DNA of 64,000 nt from Candidatus Omnitrophota bacterium. Lineage in GTDB: Bacteria > Omnitrophota > Gorgyraeia > Zapsychrales > JBDRMG01. The position numbers and the translations under genes are program-made. Every line of letters starts with the position of its first letter. Position 1 is the stretch's first letter. This document shows, piece by piece, positions 28,640 through 37,525 of this stretch. The stretch is taken from the NCBI GenBank assembly GCA_043812495.1, contig JBDRMG010000016.1:66137-130136 (forward strand). The letters run 5' to 3'. The notes below the pieces were generated by a model. The model made no database searches, was not told where the DNA came from, and saw only the letters and a program-made list of their open reading frames with translations.

Positions 28640-30151
28640 TTATTTCAGATCCTTTTCTGAGAAAACATCGGCGGTAAAAATCTCTACCGTGGTACGCGGA
28701 TCTTTCCAGGCATCGGCCGGAAGGCCGGCTTTATGGGTGCAGAGATTCGATAAAAACTCTTCCTTGCCCCATCCGGTTTCGGTAGCCACCTGCGGTAAAA
28801 ATACGCCCTGATGAAATCCTCTTCGCACAATGGCCCCGTGGACACCGGCCTGAAATTCATTGATACTCGCCATGCGCCATGGTTTGGACAAAACAGAAAT
28901 TTCAAGGTCAATGTCCTTAAGCTCGCTTTCCTGCAAGCGAGGAAATCGAGGATCTTGGGTTGCAGCGGCTATCGCCATATCCCGAACCGTAAGGGTCAGA
29001 GGGCCGTTACCGATGATATGCCCAATACATCCGCGCAATTGTCCTTTTTTATGGATGGTGACAAAAGCTCCTTCCTCTAAGAGGAGCCGGGAATCCGCCT
29101 CTTTGATCTCAGGAATTTCTCCGCTGCGAACATATTGATCAATTGTTGTTTGGGCAATCTCAAGTAATCTCTTCTTTTGTGGTGCTGTTAAGGGTGCCAC
29201 GGCGACTGCCTTATGGTTTTCATTTTGTTTCATTTTTTCGGATGTTCCTTTCTCTTTGTCTTGATTCTTTTGAAAGAAGACAACGGATGAGTATCCGACA
29301 ACATTGGATAAGTCGCCGGTCACATTTCCGGAATTGGCGGTATGAAGTATTTTGACCCCGTCCAAACCAACTTTCTTGGCATACAAAAGGGCTGTAGCTA
29401 CGGACGTAAAACCGCACATTTCCATTTTACGGCTCAAGCACTGGCTCCAAAGTCCCTGGACATCAAGTTTCTCGACGGCATTGAGTGCATTTTGGTCCAT
29501 GGTTCTTGCGGTTGCGTCATTTTTATAATGCGACATATCCGTACTGACCACAATCAAAACATCATCTCGATGACCAATAATCTCGACTAAGGCATCGGCT
29601 AAGATTTCAGCCGTCTGATAATTCGGTTGTCCCATAATAATAGGGACAATCTTAAAATCGGTAAAAACGGTTTGTAAGAAAGGCAGCTGCACCTCAAGGG
29701 AATGCTCCCGATCAAAGACATAAGAATAAAAGTTGAATTGATCGCTGAAGGCTAAAAGCCGTTTCGTAAAATCTTGGTCCACTTCGATCTGTCCCAGCGG
29801 TGTTTCGAAAAACCCTTCTTTCCAAACGGAGATCCCTTTAAAGTTATAAAAATGGCTGGATGCCAAGATTATAACCGTTTTAACTTTTTGCTGACTGACC
29901 GCCTTGTAGCTATACGCCGCCACGGGTCCTGAATAGATATAACCGGCGTGAGGTGCCATAATGACGCTAATTTTCTCATTGGACGGTTGTGTCTTTGCGG
30001 AATCAAGGTAACGTTGAATGGTTGCGGATAATTCTTTGGGGTTAGCACTATAAAATTGTCCGCTCACATTGGGTTTTTTAACAAGCGATTCACCCGACGA
30101 GCAGGACGCCAGAAAATTTAAAACAATAAGCGAAATGATAATTTTCTTCAT
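28640..30151 (-). CDS. AmmeMemoRadiSam B (MEMO1) - A (AMMECR1) fusion with lipoprotein-like signal
   Basis: PHAGYIYSG, EHSLEVQLPFLQ, STDMSHY, MCG; GAFVT, LRGCIG, DPRF, FLPQVA. Confidence 0.9.
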   Translation of the reverse strand: MKKIIISLIVLNFLASCSSGESLVKKPNVSGQFYSANPKELSATIQRYLDSAKTQPSNEKISVIMAPHAGYIYSGPVAAYSYKAVSQQKVKTVIILASSHFYNFKGISVWKEGFFETPLGQIEVDQDFTKRLLAFSDQFNFYSYVFDREHSLEVQLPFLQTVFTDFKIVPIIMGQPNYQTAEILADALVEIIGHRDDVLIVVSTDMSHYKNDATARTMDQNALNAVEKLDVQGLWSQCLSRKMEMCGFTSVATALLYAKKVGLDGVKILHTANSGNVTGDLSNVVGYSSVVFFQKNQDKEKGTSEKMKQNENHKAVAVAPLTAPQKKRLLEIAQTTIDQYVRSGEIPEIKEADSRLLLEEGAFVTIHKKGQLRGCIGHIIGNGPLTLTVRDMAIAAATQDPRFPRLQESELKDIDLEISVLSKPWRMASINEFQAGVHGAIVRRGFHQGVFLPQVATETGWGKEEFLSNLCTHKAGLPADAWKDPRTTVEIFTADVFSEKDLK

Positions 30152-30250
30152 TGGAGAGTCTCTTGAATCGAGAGAAAATAATTCACTAAGAAAAACGGCT
30201 TTCAAAAAGAAACGCCTGCATAATCAGAGTCAACCTCTCCTGTTGATCAA

Positions 30251-30661
30251 TTATGAATTCTGGTTATCGGAAGATAAGGAATTTTCTGAATCAGTGCAGG
30301 GTTCTCCAAAATAGTTTCTAACTTTTGCGAGCAATTCCTGCGTATTGATGGGCTTGACGAGATAGTCCTTAACACCTTCCTGCTTAAAAAGATCCTGCAA
30401 TTGTTCCTTAATGGTAATAATGATAACGGGAATCGTTCGCAGCTCTTCGTCCTTTTTAAGTTCTTTGACTAATGTATAGCCATCAATATCGGGCATGAGA
30501 ACATCGAGGAGAATGAGGTCCGGCTTATGGGTTTTTGCTTGATGCAGTCCTTCGCGGCCATCTTTGGCGACTATCGCGCCATAACCATTGGCTTCCAGGC
30601 GTGTCTTTATTAATTTGACAACGGTGGGATCATCATCGATAATGAGTATTTTTTTATTCAT
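30251..30661 (-). CDS. Stand-alone response regulator receiver
   Basis: IIDDD, LLDVLMP, YLVKP. Confidence 0.92.
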   Translation of the reverse strand: MNKKILIIDDDPTVVKLIKTRLEANGYGAIVAKDGREGLHQAKTHKPDLILLDVLMPDIDGYTLVKELKKDEELRTIPVIIITIKEQLQDLFKQEGVKDYLVKPINTQELLAKVRNYFGEPCTDSENSLSSDNQNS

Positions 30662-30765
30662 CGTCTGCCATTCGTTTTATGAATTTAGCGTAAGTCATTC
30701 TACCACAAAACTGAAAACTTGTCGAAAGCATATCTTTTAAATATGATCTGACCATTGATCGGTGC

Positions 30766-32484
30766 TTATTTTTTCGCCATATGAACGACGCTCAAAGTCT
30801 TTTGCAATTGCTCCCAAACTTCAGAGGACTCTTTGGCTAAGAGGACGGCTTGTCGCGACCGGGGATCGCTCATCGCCTTGGCAATGAGTCCAAGGATCTG
30901 GACTTGAGACTGGTTGTCGTGCATGGGAGTTAAAATCAGAAAGATATAATGGGCGTTTTCTCCGTCCGGAGAGTTCCAATCAATACCGGCCTTGGACCGC
31001 CCAAAAACAACAACGGGTCTTTGCAAGAAAGAAAATCGTGCATGCGGAAAAGCGATACCCTCTTCGATCGCCGTTCCCATAATATTTTCTCTCTCTAAGA
31101 CAGCATGCACAATGGTTTCTTTGGCCGGCATGTTATCTTGCGCGCACGCCAGCTCACAGAGTTCCTCAATCGCCATATCGCGTTTGTGGGCCTTGAGCTC
31201 GGCGATCACGGCCCGACGGGAGAAAAACTCAAAGGCGCCGACTTCTTTTCTTCTTTTCAACGAATATTTCAGCCAAGGCCCCACCAGGCTCGAGGAGACA
31301 ACCGCCCCGAAGACAATCGCTTCAAACACAGGCTCAGAAATCAGCCGGTACTCCAAGGTGATCATGCCGACGACAATTTCCATGGTGCCGCCCGGTGTAT
31401 GGGCAATAGCCACAAATCGACGATCATCCTCAGAAAGGTTTGTCCAGCGGGCTCCCAGCCAGGCGCCGATGTATTTTCCGAAAATACCCAGCAAAGTAAT
31501 AAAGATGATGATTTTCAAATCGAAATTAGCAATGAAATCTATCCTTAGGCCAATGCTTGCAAAAAATATCGGGACAAAAATGGCAAAGACCATTTGAGAA
31601 ATAATCTGACGTGTGCGCTCCGAGAGCGCCTTGGCTTCTCCGGCCATCACGCCAGCGATCAAAAATCCAAACAAGGCATGAATGCCCATTTTCTGCGTAA
31701 TCGCTCCGCACAGAAGACCCAGAAGGCAGATAAACGTCAGCGACGTTCCCGGATCCGGCATTTGCTTTTCTTTAATTTTTGAAATAACGGCGTTAGTGAA
31801 ATGCCGTCCGTAGGTTAGGCACAGAACAAGAAATCCGCATGCAAACAAGAAGATCAACATCATCTTCGGGATATCCACAACCCCTTGAGTGATGAGGCTG
31901 AGAATCAAACTGAAGATCATCCATCCGACAATATCATTGACCGAAAACGCGGACATGATGAGAAAGCCTAAGTCTGTTTTTGAAAGATTCAAATCATGCA
32001 AAACCCGTGTAGCAATCGTAATGGCAGAAATAGCCATGACCGTAGCCATAAAAAAGGAGAAAATTATTCTTTGATCCGGCTGAAGCAAATATCGATCCGG
32101 CAGGAACAAACATAAAACGAATCCGATTAAGATGGGAACAAAAACCCCCACCAAGGCAATCTTGAGAGCATCACCCCTTTGGCGCCAGGCGACCGAGAAA
32201 TCAATACCCAAGCCTGATTCCAACAAAAGAAAGAAAACGCCCAGCCAAGCGATTGTTTCCAGCATGCTTTTCTGAACCATGTCGGCAGGAAAAATGGTTT
32301 GCCATAGATGCGGAAAGAAACGACCAAGAATCGTCGGACCTAAAAGCACACCGACGAGAATTTCAGCTGTCAAAGGAGGCTGTTTGCGTCTCTCAAAGAG
32401 CACTCCGAGCCCTTTGGCCAGACCTAATAACAAAAAGATTTGGATGAGAAAAATGAAGATGTGGTGTTCATTGAGATAATTCAT
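30766..32484 (-). CDS. CPA2/Kef-type cation:proton antiporter fused to a PTS EIIA domain
   Basis: Multi-TM with ND motif; C-terminal RE..MGT....IAFPHAR, WNSPDG. Confidence 0.88.
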   Translation of the reverse strand: MNYLNEHHIFIFLIQIFLLLGLAKGLGVLFERRKQPPLTAEILVGVLLGPTILGRFFPHLWQTIFPADMVQKSMLETIAWLGVFFLLLESGLGIDFSVAWRQRGDALKIALVGVFVPILIGFVLCLFLPDRYLLQPDQRIIFSFFMATVMAISAITIATRVLHDLNLSKTDLGFLIMSAFSVNDIVGWMIFSLILSLITQGVVDIPKMMLIFLFACGFLVLCLTYGRHFTNAVISKIKEKQMPDPGTSLTFICLLGLLCGAITQKMGIHALFGFLIAGVMAGEAKALSERTRQIISQMVFAIFVPIFFASIGLRIDFIANFDLKIIIFITLLGIFGKYIGAWLGARWTNLSEDDRRFVAIAHTPGGTMEIVVGMITLEYRLISEPVFEAIVFGAVVSSSLVGPWLKYSLKRRKEVGAFEFFSRRAVIAELKAHKRDMAIEELCELACAQDNMPAKETIVHAVLERENIMGTAIEEGIAFPHARFSFLQRPVVVFGRSKAGIDWNSPDGENAHYIFLILTPMHDNQSQVQILGLIAKAMSDPRSRQAVLLAKESSEVWEQLQKTLSVVHMAKK

Positions 32485-32615
32485 AGAAGGCTGGATAGAA
32501 TAATTGATCGAGAGTTTTCAGTTAAATTATAGTCGATGGCAAAATAAAAGTCTACGATTTTTCTAACTCATTGAATTATTAAAGCTGCGGATCAACGGGC
32601 AGGTTCATCTTCTTG

Positions 32616-35486
32616 TCAGTGGACACTAAGCATCTTGCAATACTTATTAAAATTTACATCCGTATTCTTCAATAATGCCCAACCTGTTATGCTCACGCCT
32701 GGCAAATCGGCAGGAGGCAAGCTGCCGGTCAAATAGTCCGATTCCCATTTAAATTCCGATGGAATAGAGCCAATATCGAAAGGGAACTTCCCTACCGCCC
32801 CTCCACCGCACCAGTCATTGACTTCATTGCAATATTCTGAACATCCTCGGCAGGATTTCCAATAGAAATCTAAAAAATAGTAAGTATCATAATGTTGATA
32901 AAATCCCTGCGTATCGGGGCCATTCAAACATTCCTCTTGCGTGCAACTTCGGTTATAGTCACTCAAGAGCCATCCATAATCATAAAATTCCATAGGGTCA
33001 GTCGGATCGCTGGGATCATCCTGAAAGAGAGAATTCGGTAATTTAAATAATGTGCCGGTAAATGTCTTGCCATAATGTTTATAATCTTCATTTTTGTCTT
33101 CCCAATCATTCTTCCAGTTCCAAAGCTCAAGAGTGGTGTTATAAAAAAAGTTTCCTAAATCAGCCGCGTTATCTCCAATAATAGAAATCCTGTATACTTC
33201 ATCCTGCATAACCCTATTGGGCATAGGATCAGCCGTTCCTTCTTTGTGGGCGTTTCGCCATGCCGAATGGACCGGTTCTTCTTCATTTTCCTCAGTATCT
33301 GGGTCGTCTATGTAAAAAATATCCGGGTGATTTCCGAGCTCCGGTATTTCTTTGGGAAAATCAAAATCGCGCGAAAGAGGAAAAAATTTTTCCCTCGCTA
33401 TAACAGAGGCGGGGACATAATTCTCCGTATTTATGCTCCCTATGGCATAGGCGTTTCCCTCTGTAACAACAGTTAATCCGCCATCCATTAATTCTTGCGC
33501 ATGAGAAAGACCTACATCCCAATCCGAGTAAGCCACATTCTCTTTGGGTGCCGGTATTACTCCTTGGCCAATGGCTTTATTTAAATTCTCAATATCAACA
33601 AGAACAAGCGAATGCCACAGCGAACTCATTGTATTATAGAAACCTTCCTTTTTAAAAATGACCACGTCTGCAGGTGAACCGTCAACATCAATGGTGACCT
33701 TGATTTCTCCGTATTCATCCGGCACACGTTCAAAAATTTCTGTCTCACCGGTAATTTTCACCTTATAATTTCCAACGGTCCCTCCCGTACTATCTAAAAG
33801 ATTTTCTTTCAGATAATAAAGTTTTTGAAAATGGCGTCCTTCAAAATTTCCGGAACTGTTAAAGCTAGCGCGATCTACCGTGTTTTCAATAAGAATTCCT
33901 TCGTCTTTAGCCATGTTTCTGAGTCTTTTGGCGCTCACGATAGGGCTTGCGATGCTTGTCGCGCCTGTAGAGCTATCGAGTAAAACGCCTTGGAGAACAC
34001 CGCCTTCAGTGGTCTCTAGAAACTCGGCCCAATCATCGGCTTGATATTCTGTATTTAAGAATTTGACTTCTGGGCAAAAACGTTCATCGGTGCATGTTGT
34101 TTGAATATCATCCGGATTATAATCATTGGGCGGGAAAAAAGAGTAAGCTTTAGTGTAATTATCCGTGTAGGTCTTGCGTCCCATGATACCGTCTTGTGCG
34201 TATCTTGGCCACCGCCATTCTGTGTCCAATCGATTCGGTATTTTGACTGTTGTCGGAGTATCTGGATCATACGGTGTTATGAGAGCAGGATCATAAAGAT
34301 TACTTCCCGTCGGCGTATTATACATATACTTTTCGGGATAGAGGATGGGATCAAGGGGGCGCCACGTATAACCATCTTCCACCACCCCAATTTTATCCCG
34401 ACAGCCAGCGAATGTGCCGGTCGTTCCTTTTTCGCACAATAGACCACCTCGATCTCCGGATAAATAGCCATTATATTCATTGATCCATTTATTAGGATCA
34501 TAATATTTTAGACGAGGATCTGAGGCGTTGACATCAAACATGCAATCATCCGGGTCTAGCCAAGAAGCCGAACAAGCACCGGTTCTCCAATTTGTTGTTC
34601 CGTCAGAACGATCAATGCCATATAATTCAGCCCAGGTTTTATAGCTGACGTGTGGTTCTCGCGTAAAGTAATTATCCGCGACTGTTTTGTTATTCTCATC
34701 CACGCACATACCTGTCCAGCCATCGCGCGCGCAGGAGATAGATCCTGCCGCCGCAGGAACTGCATCAAGATCAACCATCGGAGTGAAATAAAAATTATCC
34801 ATTTTTTGCTTAAAATATTTTGCCGTGCTCAATTGTGAGATATTTTTAATTTGAGTACCTCCAACAAACGTTATATTCTCATTCGAATGAATCCTTCCTC
34901 CTGCAGCATCATAGACTGTTACGCCATCAAAATTTATGCCAGCTTCCGGATAGAACATAAAATAATCATAGAGAGAACCCGTTGAGACCCTTGCCGCTAA
35001 AAGTCTTTCTTTGTTTCCGCTTATTCCTTTGATTAAAACAATCTTGTTTTTGGTATCAACGCAATCGTATGTTGCGCAAGGGATCGCGTCGTTATAGATT
35101 TTCGCCACGAATTGTATTGGTTGGTCTTCTTGAGACGCGTAGCCCTCCTCTGTTAACTCATTGAGGTCTTCCAGCACGATAACCGGAGCTTGGGCGCCGG
35201 TAACTTCAGAATAATGGATGAGTTGCTCTGTATTAATATCAACAAAGTGTGTAACCCAGTTATCGGAATCGGGAGAGGAATTTTTCAATTCCTCAATGAC
35301 ATACTCCAGGCCGCGTTCAGCCGCATAAAGAGCCTTCATGGAATTATCATCGTGGCCAACCGATATTTTCTCGCCAATGGATTTTAAAAATTGCGCTCCG
35401 GATAAACCAAGAAAAATGACTGTCGCCGCAATTACGGTGAGAATAAGCCCTTGGCCTTTCTGATTTCTTAATGTGTTAAGTGTCAT
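32616..35486 (-). CDS. Large PilX-N-like pilus-associated protein (candidate adhesin)
   Basis: NQKG|QGL prepilin-like start, hydrophobic helix, ALYAAERG, IHSN; Cys/Asp/Tyr-rich body. Confidence 0.7.
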   Translation of the reverse strand: MTLNTLRNQKGQGLILTVIAATVIFLGLSGAQFLKSIGEKISVGHDDNSMKALYAAERGLEYVIEELKNSSPDSDNWVTHFVDINTEQLIHYSEVTGAQAPVIVLEDLNELTEEGYASQEDQPIQFVAKIYNDAIPCATYDCVDTKNKIVLIKGISGNKERLLAARVSTGSLYDYFMFYPEAGINFDGVTVYDAAGGRIHSNENITFVGGTQIKNISQLSTAKYFKQKMDNFYFTPMVDLDAVPAAAGSISCARDGWTGMCVDENNKTVADNYFTREPHVSYKTWAELYGIDRSDGTTNWRTGACSASWLDPDDCMFDVNASDPRLKYYDPNKWINEYNGYLSGDRGGLLCEKGTTGTFAGCRDKIGVVEDGYTWRPLDPILYPEKYMYNTPTGSNLYDPALITPYDPDTPTTVKIPNRLDTEWRWPRYAQDGIMGRKTYTDNYTKAYSFFPPNDYNPDDIQTTCTDERFCPEVKFLNTEYQADDWAEFLETTEGGVLQGVLLDSSTGATSIASPIVSAKRLRNMAKDEGILIENTVDRASFNSSGNFEGRHFQKLYYLKENLLDSTGGTVGNYKVKITGETEIFERVPDEYGEIKVTIDVDGSPADVVIFKKEGFYNTMSSLWHSLVLVDIENLNKAIGQGVIPAPKENVAYSDWDVGLSHAQELMDGGLTVVTEGNAYAIGSINTENYVPASVIAREKFFPLSRDFDFPKEIPELGNHPDIFYIDDPDTEENEEEPVHSAWRNAHKEGTADPMPNRVMQDEVYRISIIGDNAADLGNFFYNTTLELWNWKNDWEDKNEDYKHYGKTFTGTLFKLPNSLFQDDPSDPTDPMEFYDYGWLLSDYNRSCTQEECLNGPDTQGFYQHYDTYYFLDFYWKSCRGCSEYCNEVNDWCGGGAVGKFPFDIGSIPSEFKWESDYLTGSLPPADLPGVSITGWALLKNTDVNFNKYCKMLSVH

Positions 35487-35785
35487 GCTCTTCTCCAAAT
35501 CTTGTTTTAGGTAATATCATACGTGTCCAAATTAGCGCAATCTAAGCTTCTCAATTCTATTGATAATTAAGGGGTTACGACAATTTTCAGCTTTTTGAGA
35601 TATGAAATCGCAATTTGGACAGCATGAGCATATTTTGAACAATAAGATTGCCATATGGATTCACATCCGACGGTAATTCTAGGCTCAAATTACGACGGCT
35701 GAACGTATTTACCTGTGTCCAAGCTAATTTGGACAGCTATGAGGTAATATAAAATATTGTACACTACTTTTCTTAATTAATAAAT

Positions 35786-35820
35786 AATTAACCTATCCCT
35801 TTTTGAAGGATAGGTTAATT
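35786..35820 (-). terminator. Intrinsic terminator/attenuator in the leader
   Basis: 13-bp perfect stem AATTAACCTATCC/GGATAGGTTAATT followed by an AT/T-rich run. Confidence 0.75.
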
Positions 35821-35867
35821 GGAAGTGTATCAAAATCCCAGCCGAGATCACATGCCTCACGACTGGC

Positions 35868-35957
35868 TTTTGGTTGGCAACTGGTTACCCTATCCTAGAA
35901 GGGTCCTTTTAGCTTTGCCGCTCCGCAAGACTACGGAACAACCTTTATCAACCAAAA
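35868..35957 (-). promoter_or_regulatory. Divergent c-di-GMP-I-like riboswitch aptamer
   Basis: TTTTGGTTG-ATAAAGG-P2-CAAAGCT-P3-AGTTGC-CAACCAAAA. Confidence 0.68.
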
Positions 35958-35959
35958 AA

Positions 35960-35987
35960 AGTATAGCACTTATTCTAACTTATTCAA
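35960..35987 (-). promoter_or_regulatory. Sigma70-type promoter
   Basis: TTGAAT-N16-TATACT with extended TG, immediately 5' of the aptamer. Confidence 0.6.
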
Positions 35988-36135
35988 TAAGCGTAAGTTA
36001 AAAAAGATGCTTTTTAAGAAAACGTTTTCTTATTCACAATCAATGAATGCTAACTCTTAGCATAGCAATAGATTGTAATTTATAGCAAAATAGACAAATT
36101 TCCGGAAAGATTTAATTCTTAATTTATGACTCATT

Positions 36136-36284
36136 TCAATGAGACCATGACTTATGGAGCAAAGCGCCCGCCTTTTTATTAATATTTTAGCGAGGTCTCG
36201 TCAATTCGATTTTATCGAATTGACGGAACATAAGTCATAAGGTCGAATTGACCCAGCCCGCCATTGATTCAGTGGCGGGCTGGG
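36136..36284. repeat. GA-capped palindromic element (branched interior) plus CCCGCCATTGA hairpin
   Basis: TCAAT-GA-GACC..CTTATG-GA...GAA-CATAAG..GGTC-GA-ATTGA; interior shared with 57452-57563. Confidence 0.88.
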
Positions 36285-36332
36285 ATAAAACAAATACAAA
36301 TATAATATTTCATCTATAATTCTGGCGGGAAA

Positions 36333-37226
36333 TTAATTGCTTAAATTGCGAAGGCGCACAACTGAGGAAAGGCTAAAAAGAGTTTGATTGCCGAAAAGAT
36401 TGGGCCTGGATAATTCCAAAAACACTTGGACGGTCTCAGGAGGCGTCGTGGCGCTGCCCCCTGTCCCCGGGCCAGGAGTTCCAAGAAAATAAATGGCGCT
36501 GATATCCGTAGCGATAACACGGACCGAATACCTCGAAGGATTGGCCAAAAAAGGAAAGGGATTATACTGGGAGATATCAGGAGCTGTTTGCGCAAAGGCG
36601 AGGCCGGGACGAAAGAGCTCTTCCAGCCAATTATTAAAAAATGCGCAATCGCCGCCCGGCGGAGGAGCCGGGCAATTAGCTGGAGTTTCTCTGGGAGGTT
36701 CGCAAATACCATCTCCGCACACAATTTGATTTCTTGTCAACCGAATTAATCGATTGGCATTGCTTCCAAATGGACCCAGGGTATGGGGAACCATATAAAT
36801 AATTCTTTCATCATCATACATGACTTCGCGTCCGTCATAGCCCCATTTGATAGGATACGCTGATCCTACTAAAGGCTTAAATATGCTTCCCTGGATATCG
36901 CAAGCAGTCGTCCCGCAGCTTGTCGCGACCGGAACGCGGAACTCCACCGCTCCGCCGACACAATACTGGTCAGGACACTTGTAGATTTTAACTTGCGCCG
37001 ATGCTGACTGGGCAAGCTCAGCAGTGACGCGCTCCATGGCCAGTCGCGCATGCTGCTGCAAATCGATTTGGGTGGAGCTGCGAAAATAGGTATTGCGGAT
37101 GACGACAATCGTTCCAATCAGGCCGATACCGATAAAAATAGATATGGCCAAGACCGTCATGATCTCGACAAGCGTAAATCCCCGTCGATTGAATTTTATA
37201 AATCCTTTATTGAAAAATAAACGCAT
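36333..37226 (-). CDS. Prepilin-type N-methylation domain protein (PilW-like minor pilin)
   Basis: RRG|FTLVEIM class III signal; LQQHARLAMERVTAEL. Confidence 0.88.
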   Translation of the reverse strand: MRLFFNKGFIKFNRRGFTLVEIMTVLAISIFIGIGLIGTIVVIRNTYFRSSTQIDLQQHARLAMERVTAELAQSASAQVKIYKCPDQYCVGGAVEFRVPVATSCGTTACDIQGSIFKPLVGSAYPIKWGYDGREVMYDDERIIYMVPHTLGPFGSNANRLIRLTRNQIVCGDGICEPPRETPANCPAPPPGGDCAFFNNWLEELFRPGLAFAQTAPDISQYNPFPFLANPSRYSVRVIATDISAIYFLGTPGPGTGGSATTPPETVQVFLELSRPNLFGNQTLFSLSSVVRLRNLSN

Positions 37227-37365
37227 CGTTCGGTTCTTTTTTAAAAGAATCCTTTCTGCTTATAAGTATACCACGCTGCGATTAAAGATAAATGACGGAT
37301 TTAAGAATTTAAGAATTTAGCGACATTTCAGAAAATGAGAAATTTTTTTGGCATAAAATTATTTT

Positions 37366-37520
37366 ATCCGCCTTCGCCTGAATACTACGGCTGTTAGGCC
37401 GTAAACAAAAGACGGCGGATAATCCTGCGAAGCTCGAACACGAAATTATTGGAGCGAAGCAGGATTGGCTTCGGCGGATTTCGCCGAAGAATTAAAAGAG
37501 GCTATGGGCATAAGCCCATA
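37366..37520. repeat. Nested GCGAAGC-type palindromes
   Basis: ATCCGCCTTCGCC...GGCTTCGGCGGAT enclosing AATCCTGCGAAGCTC...GAGCGAAGCAGGATT. Confidence 0.75.
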
Positions 37521-37525
37521 GAGTT

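Noticed and set aside
35819-36001. 60-aa plus-strand ORF or leader peptide
   Set aside because: It is antisense to the promoter-aptamer-terminator unit, with a TTG start and no clear SD.
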